DNA from: Ylistrum balloti
Taxonomy: Eukaryota
DNA length: 64,000 bases
Reading direction: 5' to 3'
Assembly: GCF_031769215.1 (NCBI RefSeq)
Contig: NW_026781909.1
Span: 1,054,001-1,118,000 of the forward strand
Shown here: positions 36,704-50,098 of the stretch, in pieces
How the letters are laid out: the number at the start of each line of letters is the position of its first letter
Position numbering within the stretch: position 1 is the first letter of the stretch
The notes under the pieces: model-generated
What the model was told of the DNA's origin: nothing
Databases searched by the model: none
The model's input: only the letters and a program-made list of their open reading frames with translations
Translations under genes and position numbers: made by a program

Positions 36704-39700
36704 TCACATGTTTACGGTAAGTATATGGGTTGCAAATTCTGAAAAAATCAATTTGAATACTATATCAAGTTTTATTCGTTTAATGCATTTGAAACTTGAG
36801 AATAAGTTTATACTAAAATAGGATACATACGATGTGAAGCAAAATCTTACCTCGAGACAATAATTATTTACTATATACGTTAAAGGTTAGAAATTTTGAT
36901 TGAAGTCATTATCTAGGCACGTGAAATCCAGATGATATGAGTGGAGTACGTGGTATCTAATGGGGCAATGAATATTGGGTCTATAAGTACAATATAGGTA
37001 AATAAGTAAGTATGATTCAAGAAAATAGGTATAAGTTATGAGATCAAGAGAGTCAACGAAATTAGGTTAATAAATGTATAGTAAGTACAAGGTAAGTATA
37101 AAAATAACTCCCATGTAGATATAGAGAAAATAAGAGTTTACTGAGAAGTAAAGAACATCTATTGTCAAAGGATAAATACTATTATATTAAATAATATCGC
37201 AGAAACACGTGCATCAGAACCACTCCGACATCAAAACATGGTTAAAAATATAATCAAATCCAACATGTACTAAAAAGAACGTATTTTTGTTGTGCAATAT
37301 ATTTTTTTCAAGTTTAATTGTAGCTTTACCTTCAAATGCAATTTGACCGGACCCTGTTTTGTCCGCTTCCTTAATCATTTCCTCTACTTCCTCGTCGGTC
37401 AGTTTCTCTCCGAGATTAATCATCGCCTGTTTGAGATCTGCTGTAGGTATCAACCCATTTCCGTCCTTATCGAACACTCTGAATGCTTCCCGAAGGTCTT
37501 CCGGGGTGTCCTTTTCCTTCATAGATTTCAGCATCAATGTGAGAAATTCTGGGAAATCTACCAGACCGCCGCCTGCTAATAAATCATAATGGAATAGATT
37601 AACTATTAATTACGTCACTAGAAATATTAATGTGGCCTTTGAAGTCGTCGGACGTCATCCAGTGGAGTCGGTTACCCTCTTGGTTACCATACTCAACCCT
37701 CAACTCTTCTAAATGAGATCGCTCTCTTAGACTTGCATTTCACTTTCGGTCAAAGGCCAAGGTCGCTGGTAATATAGATGGAATAAAGTCTGTTAAAAAA
37801 ATTGCATAAGCCAACCGAATTCACATGCATTTTCCTTAGTGTGTGTGATCAGTATGTACCTACTGTCGGAGAATCGAAAGTCGATGTAATTCTTACTACA
37901 TGTTTTTGTTTCTACAACTAATGCAAAACCTTAACAAAATTCGTAATCATATATTGTTTCCTCAACAGGTCAAAGGTTAGGACTTAAGGTCAATGTCACT
38001 AATTCCTTCAATGTAAAAATTGTACATTTAGTTTGCTTGTCTCTGTTAAAATAACAAATCAAACATTACGTCCTATTTTGAGTGGTTGCTTTTCAAGTGG
38101 GAAAGCCATAATTGCTGATAAAAATGCTTCCCGTGAACTCGAGTGAAGTTTGTATGCTTTATTGTCTTACTGGTTTTGTTTTTCGAACCCGGCCTGTTCG
38201 ATGTATCGTTGACACGATATGATAAACCTTTTAATTGATTTACTATATTAAATATCTGGGGATAAACCCGACATGTTTAAATCTTCTGTCTGATATTCTA
38301 TTTTGTTGTGATCATCCAATGATTTTGACCCGCTATCCACTCTTGTCCATTTTACTTCATATACAAACATGTTTATTTGTGCTCTAGTTACACCCATCAT
38401 GAACTGTACAGGATAGCAACTTTACTGATTAACTTTTGATCTTGTTCATTATCAAATTACCGTTTCTACTTCATGACTACCTGTTACAGTGCAGCTCCAT
38501 TCATTGTCCCTGATGTTGTTGGTACCTAATGCTATTCGTGCAAGTTATTGGTGTTTGTTTAACACCCTGATGTTATATAGTCGTGACCCGATGTGTTTCC
38601 TGTCGCTCCAGACCTTGTAAAACGTTATACCTAACGTGATTGTAAAGTCATCGTGTGTTGTGTTTCATATGAGATACTATGGAAGCCTTGTATATTCTAT
38701 GGAAGCCTTGTGTATTCTGTGGAAGCCTTGTGTATTATATGGAAGCTTTGTGCATTCTGTGGAAGCCTTGTGTATTGACGTTGTTGTGGACTCTTCATCA
38801 TTGTGGGTTGTGGCAAGGAAGTTTTTGCATGCATCTCGATCGTTATGAAAGAGTGTTTTTGACTCGTAGCGTTTTTGCTGACTTTATGAGTTGTAGTAGT
38901 TTGTTATTTTATCAACAGAAGACAAATAAAATACCTTTATCCTCGTTCTCCAGTTCATCTATCCTTTCTTGTAGCTCTCGTTCTGAAGGATTCTGACCTA
39001 ATGACCTCATTACCATGCCAACCTCCTTAGTGGAGATAGCTCCGTCGCCATCTTTGTCGAACAAACTGAAGGCTTCTTTCATCTCTGTTAAGTAAAATCA
39101 TAAATAATGATCACATTAATTCCATGTAATGTTTAATCCAGTGATACATTCAGCTGAATTATACTTAGAAAATAAAAAGGTTTATAACATTCTACAGAGA
39201 CAGACTTCTTTCGTGACTAGGTATTGCTCAATTAAACAGGTCACGAACATATTCCTTAACTTAGCTTAATTACCATAAGAAAGTGTAGTTACACATATTA
39301 CCTCATTACACCACATACTGTTAATATGTTGATAAAACAATGCTTAATGTACGAGAATAAGTAGTTACATAGTCTAAGCCATCTTCCTGGTGGCGGCTGA
39401 AACTTGTTAAGCCAGTATGGTGTAATGTTAGCTTGCTTTGCTCAAAATATGTCTTATTTATATTATTGTTCTTAATTATGTATCATATAAGCACTTCATG
39501 TTTGTCGTTCTGTTCAGGGGCATGCCAAAATGTTACCACCATATTGTTTTAGTAGTCTATGTTCTCCATTTTTAGAAAAAAAGTGAATTCGAAGAATGGA
39601 CCAGATTTTGTTATTATAGTCCATGTGTTTATTCTAAATATATACGTAGGACAACATTGTTATTTTCATGTAGATATCAGCAATAACACTGTTTAGAATC

Positions 39701-40278
39701 TTAATCTTACCTGCAATCTGATCTTCTGTCAGTTCGTCCGCCTGTAATTTGATATAAATATACTTGTAAGTGGACTATAGAGTGTTAAAACGATTTTTGC
39801 TATTTCTCATTCGATGACATTAGACCTATCATGACAACTGTCATTTTCTAATCTGGAGATGAATTACACAATATATTGTTATACTGATAATGATGTCTAA
39901 TATTTGAATAGATCTACGCCTCCTGTATTTTATTTTTAATTTGAAGATGAAATGATAATGAAATAGATAACAAATTTTGATGTTAAAAGCGTCCTTACGA
40001 AGGTCTATTCTGGTGACATTCTTTTCTGAAATTCAACACATTTTTGTGTTGTTTTTATGATATATACTCGAACGATCGTGCTGTGTGTGTTTCAACCAGA
40101 TTTCAGATAAGTTCCCCCTCCATTCAAGCAATCTCAATGTTCAGAAAGCTCAAATTAAAGCAGACACTGATCTTTAAAAATGAAATAAGATACTTTTTTT
40201 TATGTTAAATTCTCGTTATTTCTGTTATAAGTAGAATTTTCCAACATTAAAATGAGGATTAGAAACTATACTTACCAT
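36704..40278 (-). CDS. Calmodulin-like gene E, 153 aa
   Basis: Exons: ATG 40278-40276 (ATG|GTAAGT); 39741-39711 ([10 protein letters not shown]); 39084-38935 (150 nt, [37 protein letters not shown]...); 37572-37330 (243 nt); 36738-36704 ([11 protein letters not shown]). Confidence 0.92.
38679..38776. repeat. 20-bp minisatellite, 5 copies, in intron 3 of CaM-like E
   Basis: ggaagccttgtgtattctgt at 38681, 38701, 38721, 38741 and 38761. Confidence 0.9.
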
Positions 40279-41563
40279 GCTTGTGGTAGCTTTGTGTTAT
40301 ACATAAATTCGATAAGTGCGAAATAATACATATACCGTAACGAAGATAGCATACACACACGTGTGGAAGAATTAGATTTAGAATTACTTGTTAGCTTTAT
40401 TTTCTCTTGGTGAAATTTAAATGATTGATATATTGATTTGTCTACCGAACGCATTGCTGAAATTCCGGCCAGTATGTAAAGATGATATTGCTTGTATGCA
40501 TGGTGAAGTTCATTAGATATTTTTTCGACATAATTACTATTTACATGCAGTAATAACGCCGTATCGTATTAAGCATATAAGACACGCTATAACCCTATGA
40601 ACACAATACCCAGATAATATCACTTAGAATATCTTTCTGGTCCGCTAATGGCTTTAATAGAACATTTAATTCATTCGCAGAGACACGCAGTGTACAGTTT
40701 CTTGTGAGTAATTTATTCGTTAAACTACAGTTACATGTTCTCTCGTTTAACCCTGTATACAAATAAAACATTAAGGTAAACAGGACAATTCAACCGTAAT
40801 TTTATGTAAGCCACACATAACGTATGCAACTTTTTCGTCTATTTTAAGAAACAACATATACGGACCTTATTGAATTATTTATTACAAAGTCTTATTGAAT
40901 TAATAGTTTAAAGGAAAGCAGTTCAATTTAGAGCCAACAACAGATTAAGAAGAATGATACTAGCTAGCGACTGTCACTTTTCCGTGATGATTGTTCAATA
41001 TTACATTAATTGTAACGGTTGATTTATTTGTTTTTCTCTGATAAGTTAATGTTAAACCGGTGCCAAAATCATAGAGTATAGAAGTTGGGGCCTCCCGGGT
41101 GAAATTTTGTAGTGGCATCACCTTGAAATGCTATATATTTTTTTTCTTTTCCTTTTTAAAAAAAAAATCATTATGTTTTTTAGGATACATAATGGACGCA
41201 GGATATAAGCCTCTATGTCCATATCAATATTAGTGTTTTGTTTCACTGTATTTTTATTGCTCCAACAGTGTACATGCAAAGCCATTTTAATATTTGATAG
41301 TTCAAGTTAGAAGCACATTAGAGAAAGGATAAAAAATGTAAATATAAAATTTTATTCAATACATTAGGCCTGAATATATCCTTTTAGCATATTGAATAGC
41401 CTTCTGTTAGATATCTAATAACTTTAATACATATTCACTTTAATGAAAATTCTGTACATGTGAATAGAATCTACTTTCGGTTTGTACTTTGCCGCCGTTC
41501 TCTAAACTATTCGGATTGTTCTCGCGCCATTAAATGGAAGACATCCGAAAAGTTTCGAATGAA

Positions 41564-41581
41564 TAGCAACGTTGTAGCAAC
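41564..41581. promoter_or_regulatory. Two RFX half-site-like TAGCAAC motifs about 300 bp upstream of the CFAP107 ATG
   Basis: tagcaac at 41564-41570 and 41575-41581. RFX factors drive ciliary genes, but this is not a full X-box. Confidence 0.25.
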
Positions 41582-41874
41582 GATACCGCGTTGTTAAAGT
41601 GCCGCACAGTAATATAGTCCGTGGTATTTTGAAAATCTTAACTAATAACAACACATTTAAATTTCAAATGAAATAATCTATCAATATATTCACTAAAGGT
41701 TAGTTATAAATTATGACATTTTAATTCAATATCTTGGTTAGGAGTCGAAAAAAATAAACTGGCGCGTAAGAATATATGTGTTGTTGTCCCGTCACATGCA
41801 GTTCATGACGGTCGTCCTATTCCAGTTAGAAAGTGAGAATTGTGATCCGATAAGGAACAGCGGAAGGTAGGAAT

Positions 41875-43310
41875 ATGGCTCAAGGCGATCCACAGAAATG
41901 GCATTTGCCTGGATGGCGGATTGAACAAAGATTTGCACCCGGTGTTCTAATCGGAAACTGGTCCGAAGAGAGATATACCGTAAGTTTTACAGTAAGATTG
42001 CAATAGTAATATGTGAATGTCATATCACAAAAAATGATACTGCACGGATTCTTCCTGTAATAAGATAAACGTTAGAACTTCAGAATTATGCGCATTGTGA
42101 ATTGTCATGGTACACGAAAATTGGCATACTGGAGACCAATAGAAGCTGTCTGCATGTCCAGCAACAGTATTGTCTTGCAGTGCAATCATTTCCGGTTGCG
42201 AAAGAAACCGTGTCGTTTGTGTCAAGTTTCTTTCATGAGGGACTGCATTGATCAAAAGTTCGAGTCTTCTGTGACTCCTACATAAAACGTATCACTTTAC
42301 CCCAAAACCTACCGGATAAAAGTGACTTAAACCGTACACGTAGGACTTCACCCCTGTATGCTGCAAGATAAAAAAAATATCGGTCAAATCAAAGTGACAG
42401 TATCAATCTGGTTTCGTCAAATCTTTGCTATTGTACTTGTAGATTTTTATTTCTTCGTATCAGAATCTCATTTTTGTTTATTTCAGTTCAACAAGGGAGA
42501 TCAGAAACATAATAGTACACACAGAGCAGATTTTCGTAATTTCAAAGGACACCGTCCCGATGTACTGGTAAGGAGAAAAGCCCTGTTGAAAAACAATGGT
42601 CTTGGTCCAGAGCACATATTCTACCATCATGGTAAGCGGTACTGCAACAACACTGTGTCCTGGTATGATGAGCACTACAATGGACGTTGGACAGAGAACA
42701 ATGATCTGCCAGGATTACGGGACTGGAATAGTCACAAACTGTCATGGGCACCAGAGAGATCTGATTATCCCCTCCAAGGTAAAATCTTTTATCAAATAGC
42801 TGTTGTAGAAGTCAATATGAAAGGATAGATACAAATAACATTAAATATGAAAGGTTGAAACACAACAGTATTTATAACTTGAGTAAGCCATTTAAGCAGC
42901 TCTTCAAACATGACTCATTAAACCTTAGCAAACTTGATATTTCAAACTATTAATTCATACAACAAACTACAATTTCATATAACAAAGTACAATTTTATAT
43001 TACAATCTGTGAACTTTACATTCTGGTTTTTTCAATTTAAGGAAAACCAACAAATTTCGGATTGCTTGAACAACTTGAAAACAAATGGAAAAATCAAATT
43101 GCTGATGAAACTAGGGGAGACTACTTATCAACCTACCAGAATTCCTTTCTTCAACATCCAACTGACAGTATGGTGAAGGCAAGATTTGCGATTCCGAAAA
43201 ATATGTCTACAAGTCTTCATCCAGTCAATAAAATAAACAAAGATCTACACCTCAGGAACACGTCCGTATATAAATCTCCAGAAAAGCTTCCAGCTCTGGC
43301 AAATGCGTAA
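41875..43310 (+). CDS. CFAP107: Cilia- and flagella-associated protein 107 (C1orf158 family), 221 aa
   Basis: Exons 41875-41979 (MAQGDPQKWHLPGWRIEQRFAPGVLIGNWSEERYT), 42487-42778 and 43042-43310, joined in frame with GT-AG introns. Motifs W.IE..F...VL.GNW.EER, HRPD, SWYDEHYN, LPGLRDWNSHKLSWAPERSDYPL and PTNFGLLEQL match the human protein as I recall it. Confidence 0.9.
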
Positions 43311-46300
43311 CAGTTGGAGCTTTAAGTAAATGTTTTTCATCATTTTCGTGTTCAGTTTGGGCATAAACTCATTATACAAAATATATTGGACATAAAGGGT
43401 CACTGTGTATTGATATTGCTTTACTAGAAAATGATGGCATTTGAATTAAGTAGCAATTTATAAAGTTAAGTTGGTTTTTTCTTACCTCAAATTAGGAATT
43501 CCAGATCAGCAGGTTTGCTACGATTATATATTGATCTTGGTTCGTTCTACTTTGATATTGAATTTGTTATTTGGTATCAAACAATTTAGAGGTTGTGTTA
43601 AAAAAAAGTTTAAAAGTTTGGATAAATTTTGATTCTTTTAGTGAACTGATTCCATGTTTAAAATCTTGTACCAATGAATAGATTAAGCTGAGATGAACAT
43701 TTGTAGATGTTGAATGTCATAATCTTGAAAGAGTGTAGGAGAGGAAACAAATGATGTAACATATTTTTTTGGAATCAGGTATTACAGTAGCAGTGCCTAG
43801 CTATGAACAGCATTAAAATATAAATTTCCTGTAATAGTTGATATTTTTAACACTTTTTAAACTCTTGAATGTTTGTGATAACTTTTAATCCACTTTCTAT
43901 TTTTTCCCAATTTAAAATGAATATCTTTTAGGAATTTGAATATATTTACAATTTCAGCTACCGGTAATTAGTGGTTATCTTATTAAGTTTTAGTTCAATG
44001 TTTCTCTGTGAAATATGTTTTTCATTTTGGTGTTTTCAAGTGAGAATTTCATTTTGAGGTTGATCTTATATCAAAGTTAATCTACTAGATCAAAGTCTGT
44101 TTTTCTTATAAATATCTTTACATAAGCTTTAAACCATATGTGTGTTTCTGCACCCCTTTTTTCTAGTCTTTGTGCAAAAACTTCATTTTCCCATTGAAAG
44201 ACTATTTATTATCAATATATTTACATATATTGCCCCACTGTTTTTTTATTGTACAGTATTATAGACATTACACTGTCTTTTTGCTACTTTTAAGTTTTTT
44301 CTTGCTGTGATATATTTCAGTCTATGTAATATTTTTTAATCATGTTTAAAATAAATTGTATACGTAATAAACACTCTGAAAATTTAGATTAATTCCACGT
44401 ACTCCAAGAGTTTCAGTATTCCTGTAATGAATAACTAAGGTTTAGTGTTAAGTTCAGATACCTGGTCATAGATTAAAAAATTTCATTTGTAAACAAAGAA
44501 AGGAAATTCTGATACAATCAGAAATGTGAAGATTTGGCAAGACGAAGTAATGTTGTACAAAGCAAGATTGTCGAAAAACAAACCTTTACAGGACTCTTCT
44601 ATTGATGCTTTTTCTCTTATTGGAGTGTGCACATTGATTTTGTAATACTGGCTTATCAGGTATATGTTGATATGTTACCATGGAGATGTGGAGAATCCCT
44701 GCTCTATGATAAAACAACAGTTACTATACTCAGTAGAAATTAGCTTATGTTTGTCTTCAGTATTAACTCAAATTTTACATGATTTAATGTTAAATACTTG
44801 AATGTGTTATACATATATTAGTTTTGAAATTCTTGAATCTCTGTGATAATGAAATAATCTCAATCAATAATACGTAGCATGCTCAACGTTGTTGCACAAG
44901 TCTAATGAAATTAGAAGAGAACAACAATATACATTATCTAAGTACATGTTTTACTGACCAGATCTCAGTATATGTTGAACCAAAAACATTACAGGTATTG
45001 TAGAATTTAAAACTGTTGTAATTGTTACAACTGTTACAGTACATTGTAGTTTCATTTGATAAAAAAATAATTTATTAATCGATACAAAATTTAAGAAAAC
45101 TTTTTAATCTAAAAAAAGTATTTTAATTCATGGTTTGGGAAGTAAATATTAGATTTTTTATTGACTTTATAATAATATGTTTATCTAATATTATTGTACT
45201 CTTTAACAAAAATATTCCATCCATCTGTTTGAACAATGGAATCTTCCTGCTTCTTCTAAGAAAGCCTGGAGTATCAAATCATTAGTGCTGGACAAGATTC
45301 CATTGTAAACAGAAAATTATAATTATATATTAATTGCATATTTATCCACTTTGCTCAAGCTTGATCACTATACTCTCACTAGGTGGAAGTTATGCATCAT
45401 AAAGATTTATTTAAAGATATATTTCTATATAATCTCAGCTGTAGATATTGTTGGCTTTTTTTTTTGGTTTTTATTGTTGGTTGTTACCCTTTCCTACTAT
45501 AGTCTATATCATCACCAGTATTATCAGTTTCACAGTATTGTTAAGACATCAAGTTGTGGTGCACACTGTCTGATGTAAGAATGAACCACCTAGGTTTGTG
45601 TGTTACAATGAACATAGTATTACATTGTTACTATCTTATGTTGGCTATATATTATATGAAAATGAAATTTTATATGTCCTTAATCTACTACATTTCTTTC
45701 ATTTTTTTTATAAAATCAGTATTTTATCTCATGATCTATTAAATTTTCTTAAAGAATTATTTACTGTTTTTACACAGATCTCCTTTATCGCATGATATCA
45801 CTATGACTTTAAATTACCCATAATTCCAATTTGAATATAGCTGATACTCTATTGTACCAAAAGTGAACTTTTTCACAACTTCCCTTAAAATCTTTTCTTT
45901 TTAAGACTGATTGGAATTCTAGATATTTGTTTCACTGAAAATTAGTTATTGAAACTTTCTGAACTTTTCATAAGCTCAGATCTAAAATTATATATCTCTC
46001 CATATATATTGTCAATGAGAAAAGTTTACCTGTAGAAATACAAGTTTCCACAACTGTGATACAATGTATGTAACTATTTATATGTGTGTTACAACAACAA
46101 ATAGATTGTTAAAGTAGTATACATGTGTTTGTTTATTTTTTATAGTCTTTGCTTTAAACAAAGCATGTTAATACCTGTTAACTTTTCAGATTTAAAATCC
46201 AGAGAAAGCACTTGGCAAAATCGAAATCACGTTGAACATCCATATCATTGGGTATGATCACCCCCCCCCCCCCCCAAAAAAAAAAAAATGAAATATTGCT

Positions 46301-48258
46301 TATTTCAATTATGCTAATGCAAAGTACCAATTTAACTTCAGGGTTCAGGGAAGATTAAGGGTAAATACAAAATTCACATACAATAATATGAAACTGAAAT
46401 TTTGGAGAGTCCCATAAAATTTGGAGAAGTTTACAGGTATACATGTCCAACACAGCTTCACAAAATTACATCTTCTGATGAACAACTATTTAGACAAATA
46501 AATCTTTCCACTTGGGCAACCTGAGTTTGATTCTCCAATTGCATGTGGAAAGGTATGGGGTCACCTACCAAATCATGTTAATTTTCTTTGTGTATTCCAG
46601 TTTTCTCTGATAGCAAGACCCCTCATACCCTTCAATCCTGAACAACATGAGAAAGCAGTATCAGCTTGTTTCACTATTGTTGTAAACTAAATGAAGCTTG
46701 AAGATTTATTGAAAGTCTTCAAAAAAAGTTTAGAAGGTGGGACCAGATGTGTAGCATTCCAAACTATTTGTGAGGCTGAATCAAGGAAAAAAAAAACAAG
46801 ACTGCATTCTGTTTTATTTAGGTTTTATTTCTGGAAACACGACACAATAAATTAAGAAAAACATTCATGCAATGGAATGGAATGATGAAACATAGATGGT
46901 GGATGGGATATGAAACATAGAAACAAAACACCAAACAGCTATGAGAAGAACAGATTTTGTCTGTGAGACATGGAAACTCTGGAATCATGCACCTTGTTTG
47001 TAGAATAAGAAAATGGTAAAATTTCCCATTTCCAACCTCTCTCATACAAATCACATCATTAACCCATGTTTTCTTACACACAAACACTCAAATAAATACT
47101 GGTATTCACAACAAATTTAACTTTTTACTTAATCGGAAATTCAGACGTCTCCTATCTAATATCTTCACTCTGGTCTAAGAAAAACAAAGAAAAACTCTTC
47201 AAAAGTCAAAAATCATAAAACAGAAGAAAAATCAGTTATTTTATTGTATATTCATCAATTTTAAATATTGATTGATAAAAATTCTTTATTTTATTTTGAC
47301 ACTTCCTTAATATTTTTGGGGGTAGTCAATGACAACATTTTCTATAAAAGAGGTTATATAAAATAAAGAAACCAAAAAGTGTTCCTTTATAATCTGATGG
47401 AAGTAACTCCACTCTTGAAATCATTATCTCAGGACTTATCTGTATGAAAAAAAAAATCCAGTACTATGACATTCAAGTGAAAAAAGTATATATCTATATG
47501 CATAAAAAAGTATATATTTATATGCATATCCTATATATACACAAGAAAAAAAAAATTTTTTTGTATTACAACAAAACCACCACTAAATAACTAAGTAAGA
47601 TTTATCAAAAGGTTTCCTCTGAGTATAGTTTAAACCATGATTATAAATGGGATGTAATTAAGCACAAAAATGTGTTGGACAAGATATCACACAATACTTG
47701 TGAACGTGACATGAATGCTCATACAAACTATACAGCAGTCTCAGCCTCTCATTATTCTACACTTCATCAACACAACACATGTACAATAAATCTGTATTTA
47801 AATGACTTGGGAAGAAAATGACAAAAACTTTATATCTCAAAATTTACATTATCTTCTAACATTAATAGCATAAAATGATTGTGTATGGTAATTTAAATGT
47901 TAAAAATAAACAAAGGTAGAAAATCTGATTTCATTTTTTTCTTCTTTATAGAATAGAGAAATTTTAAATAGATTTTCAACACTTGTCAGTTTGACCTCAA
48001 ATGAAGTTCCTCTTCAATGACATTCACATGGTATCTCATTCTAATCAAATCAAGTTCTTAAATCACAAATGGAATTTTTTATCAGTATTTGTCCAAGTCA
48101 AATTCCATATTTGTTATTACATGTGAACCTAAAATACAAAAATCTACACTGTGACAAACAGTGAGAATCGTCACAGGAAAGGCAACTGCCATGTATGTCT
48201 GGCTCGAAAGGATGTTTTGGTCAGGAAAACACTGATTTGACCACTCAAAGGAACAAAC

Positions 48259-48565
48259 GATTTATCTAATAAACTTGTCTATCTCTGACATCACATCAGT
48301 AACTTGATTTATCTAATAAACTTGTCAATCTCTGACATCACATCAGTAACTTGATTTATCTAATAAACTTGTCTATCTCTGACATCACATCAGTAACTTG
48401 ATTTATCTAATAAACTTGTCAATCTCTGACATCACATCAGTAACTTGATTTATCTAATAAACTTGTCAATCTCTGACATCACAGAAGTAACTTGATTTAT
48501 CAAATAAACTTGTCAATCTCTGACATCACATCAGTAACTTAATTTATCTAATAAACCTGACATCA
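48259..48565. repeat. 47-bp tandem array, about 6 copies
   Basis: Unit gatttatctaataaacttgtcaatctctgacatcacatcagtaactt at 48259, 48306 and 48353 onward. Confidence 0.92.
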
Positions 48566-48968
48566 CAAGTCCAAACCCATCATAACATATCACTTTCAAT
48601 CAATAAAATACATTTTACATGCTGATATATTAGTTTGTGAATAAATTGTCTTGAATAAGTAATAAAAAAATATCAAAACAAACAAATGGCAATATATATT
48701 ACACATATCTATAAATAAAAACAAACTACATCTACCAATGTGCATGTAAATAGACTTCACACACTGAATATTAAGGGCATTTGGGGAGAAAATTTAAACT
48801 TTCATCTGCTGCCAATTTCCTCCGGAAAAAATACCGAAAGTCCAGAGGTTTCTGTAAACTGGTAAAGGTTATGACCTGTACTTTGACACTGACTGAATTC
48901 AGAAAATTTTCTTTGAAATTGTGACATTTTTTTTCTTTTCTATATCATACGTCAACAGAGAGAGATCT

Positions 48969-49235
48969 TTACCCTGGTTACAATCACTACGATACTGATT
49001 GTTACCCTGGTTACAATCACTACGATACTGATACTTACCCTGGTTACAATCACTACGATACTGATCGTTACCCTGGTTACAATCACTACGATACTGATAC
49101 TTACCCTGGTAACAATCACTACGATACTGATTGTTACCCTGGTTACAATCACTACGATACTGATACTTACCCTGGTTACAATCACTACGATACTGATACT
49201 TACCCTGGTTACAATCACTACGATACTGATACTTG
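48969..49235. repeat. 33-bp tandem array, about 8 copies
   Basis: Unit accctggttacaatcactacgatactgatactt; explains the 11-aa repeat ORF 48952..49218. Confidence 0.92.
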
Positions 49236-49516
49236 ATTTATATGTTTTGAACTTTACAGTAATTTGTTATTTTTGTTAAATACATTCACCTGTTACCTTA
49301 TAACAGTCACAGTTTATGTATGTGACATTTTACATAATCTGTTTTCTATTTTTCTGTTAAAAATAACAAGGTGTTCCCTATTACTTATTCTATAACTATT
49401 CTATCACGTCTGATAGGCCACTTTTAGGCATAAATACATCAAACTACATTTTTATCTTTTATCTAAACACAGAAATGAAAAGTTGAACTTGGACTGATAG
49501 GAGATTTGTTGATTTG

Positions 49517-50098
49517 ATCAGGTAATCTATAGTCATTTGACCAGGTAATCTATAGTCATATGACCAAGTAATCTACAGTCATTTGACCAGGTAATCTATA
49601 GTTATTTGACCAGGTAATCTATAGTCATTAGACCAGGTAATCTATGGTCATATGACCAGGTAATCTATAGTCATCTGACCAGGTAATCTATAGTCATTTG
49701 ACCAAGTAATCTACAGTCATTTGACCAGGTAATCTATAGTTATTTGACCAGGTAATCTATAGTCATTTGACCAGGTAATCTATAGTCATTTCATCAGGTA
49801 ATCTATAGTCATATGACCACGTAATCTATAGTCATATGACCAGGTAATCTATACAGGTAATCTATAGTCATATGACCAGGTAATCTATGGTCATCTGACC
49901 AGGTAATCTATAGTCATTTGACCAGGTAATCTATAGTCATTTGACCAGGTAATCTATAGTCATATGACCAGGTAATCTATACAGGTAATCTATAGTTATA
50001 TGACCAGGTAATCTATGGTCATATGACCAGGTAATCTATGGTCATCTGACCAGGTAATCTATAGTCATTTGACCAGGTAATCTATAGTCACATGACCA
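49517..50098. repeat. 23-bp tandem array, about 25 copies
   Basis: Unit caggtaatctatagtcatttgac (49519, 49542 onward). Two 13-bp truncated units lie 128 bp apart. Confidence 0.95.

Noticed and set aside
18581-40278. Calling any copy canonical calmodulin (CALM)
   Set aside because: All differ extensively from the near-invariant animal sequence MADQLTEEQIAEFKEAF..., so no symbol was assigned.
43400-48200. Short ORFs between CFAP107 and the satellites
   Set aside because: AT-rich, low-complexity translations with no recognisable domains or consistent exon chain; likely UTR or intergenic.
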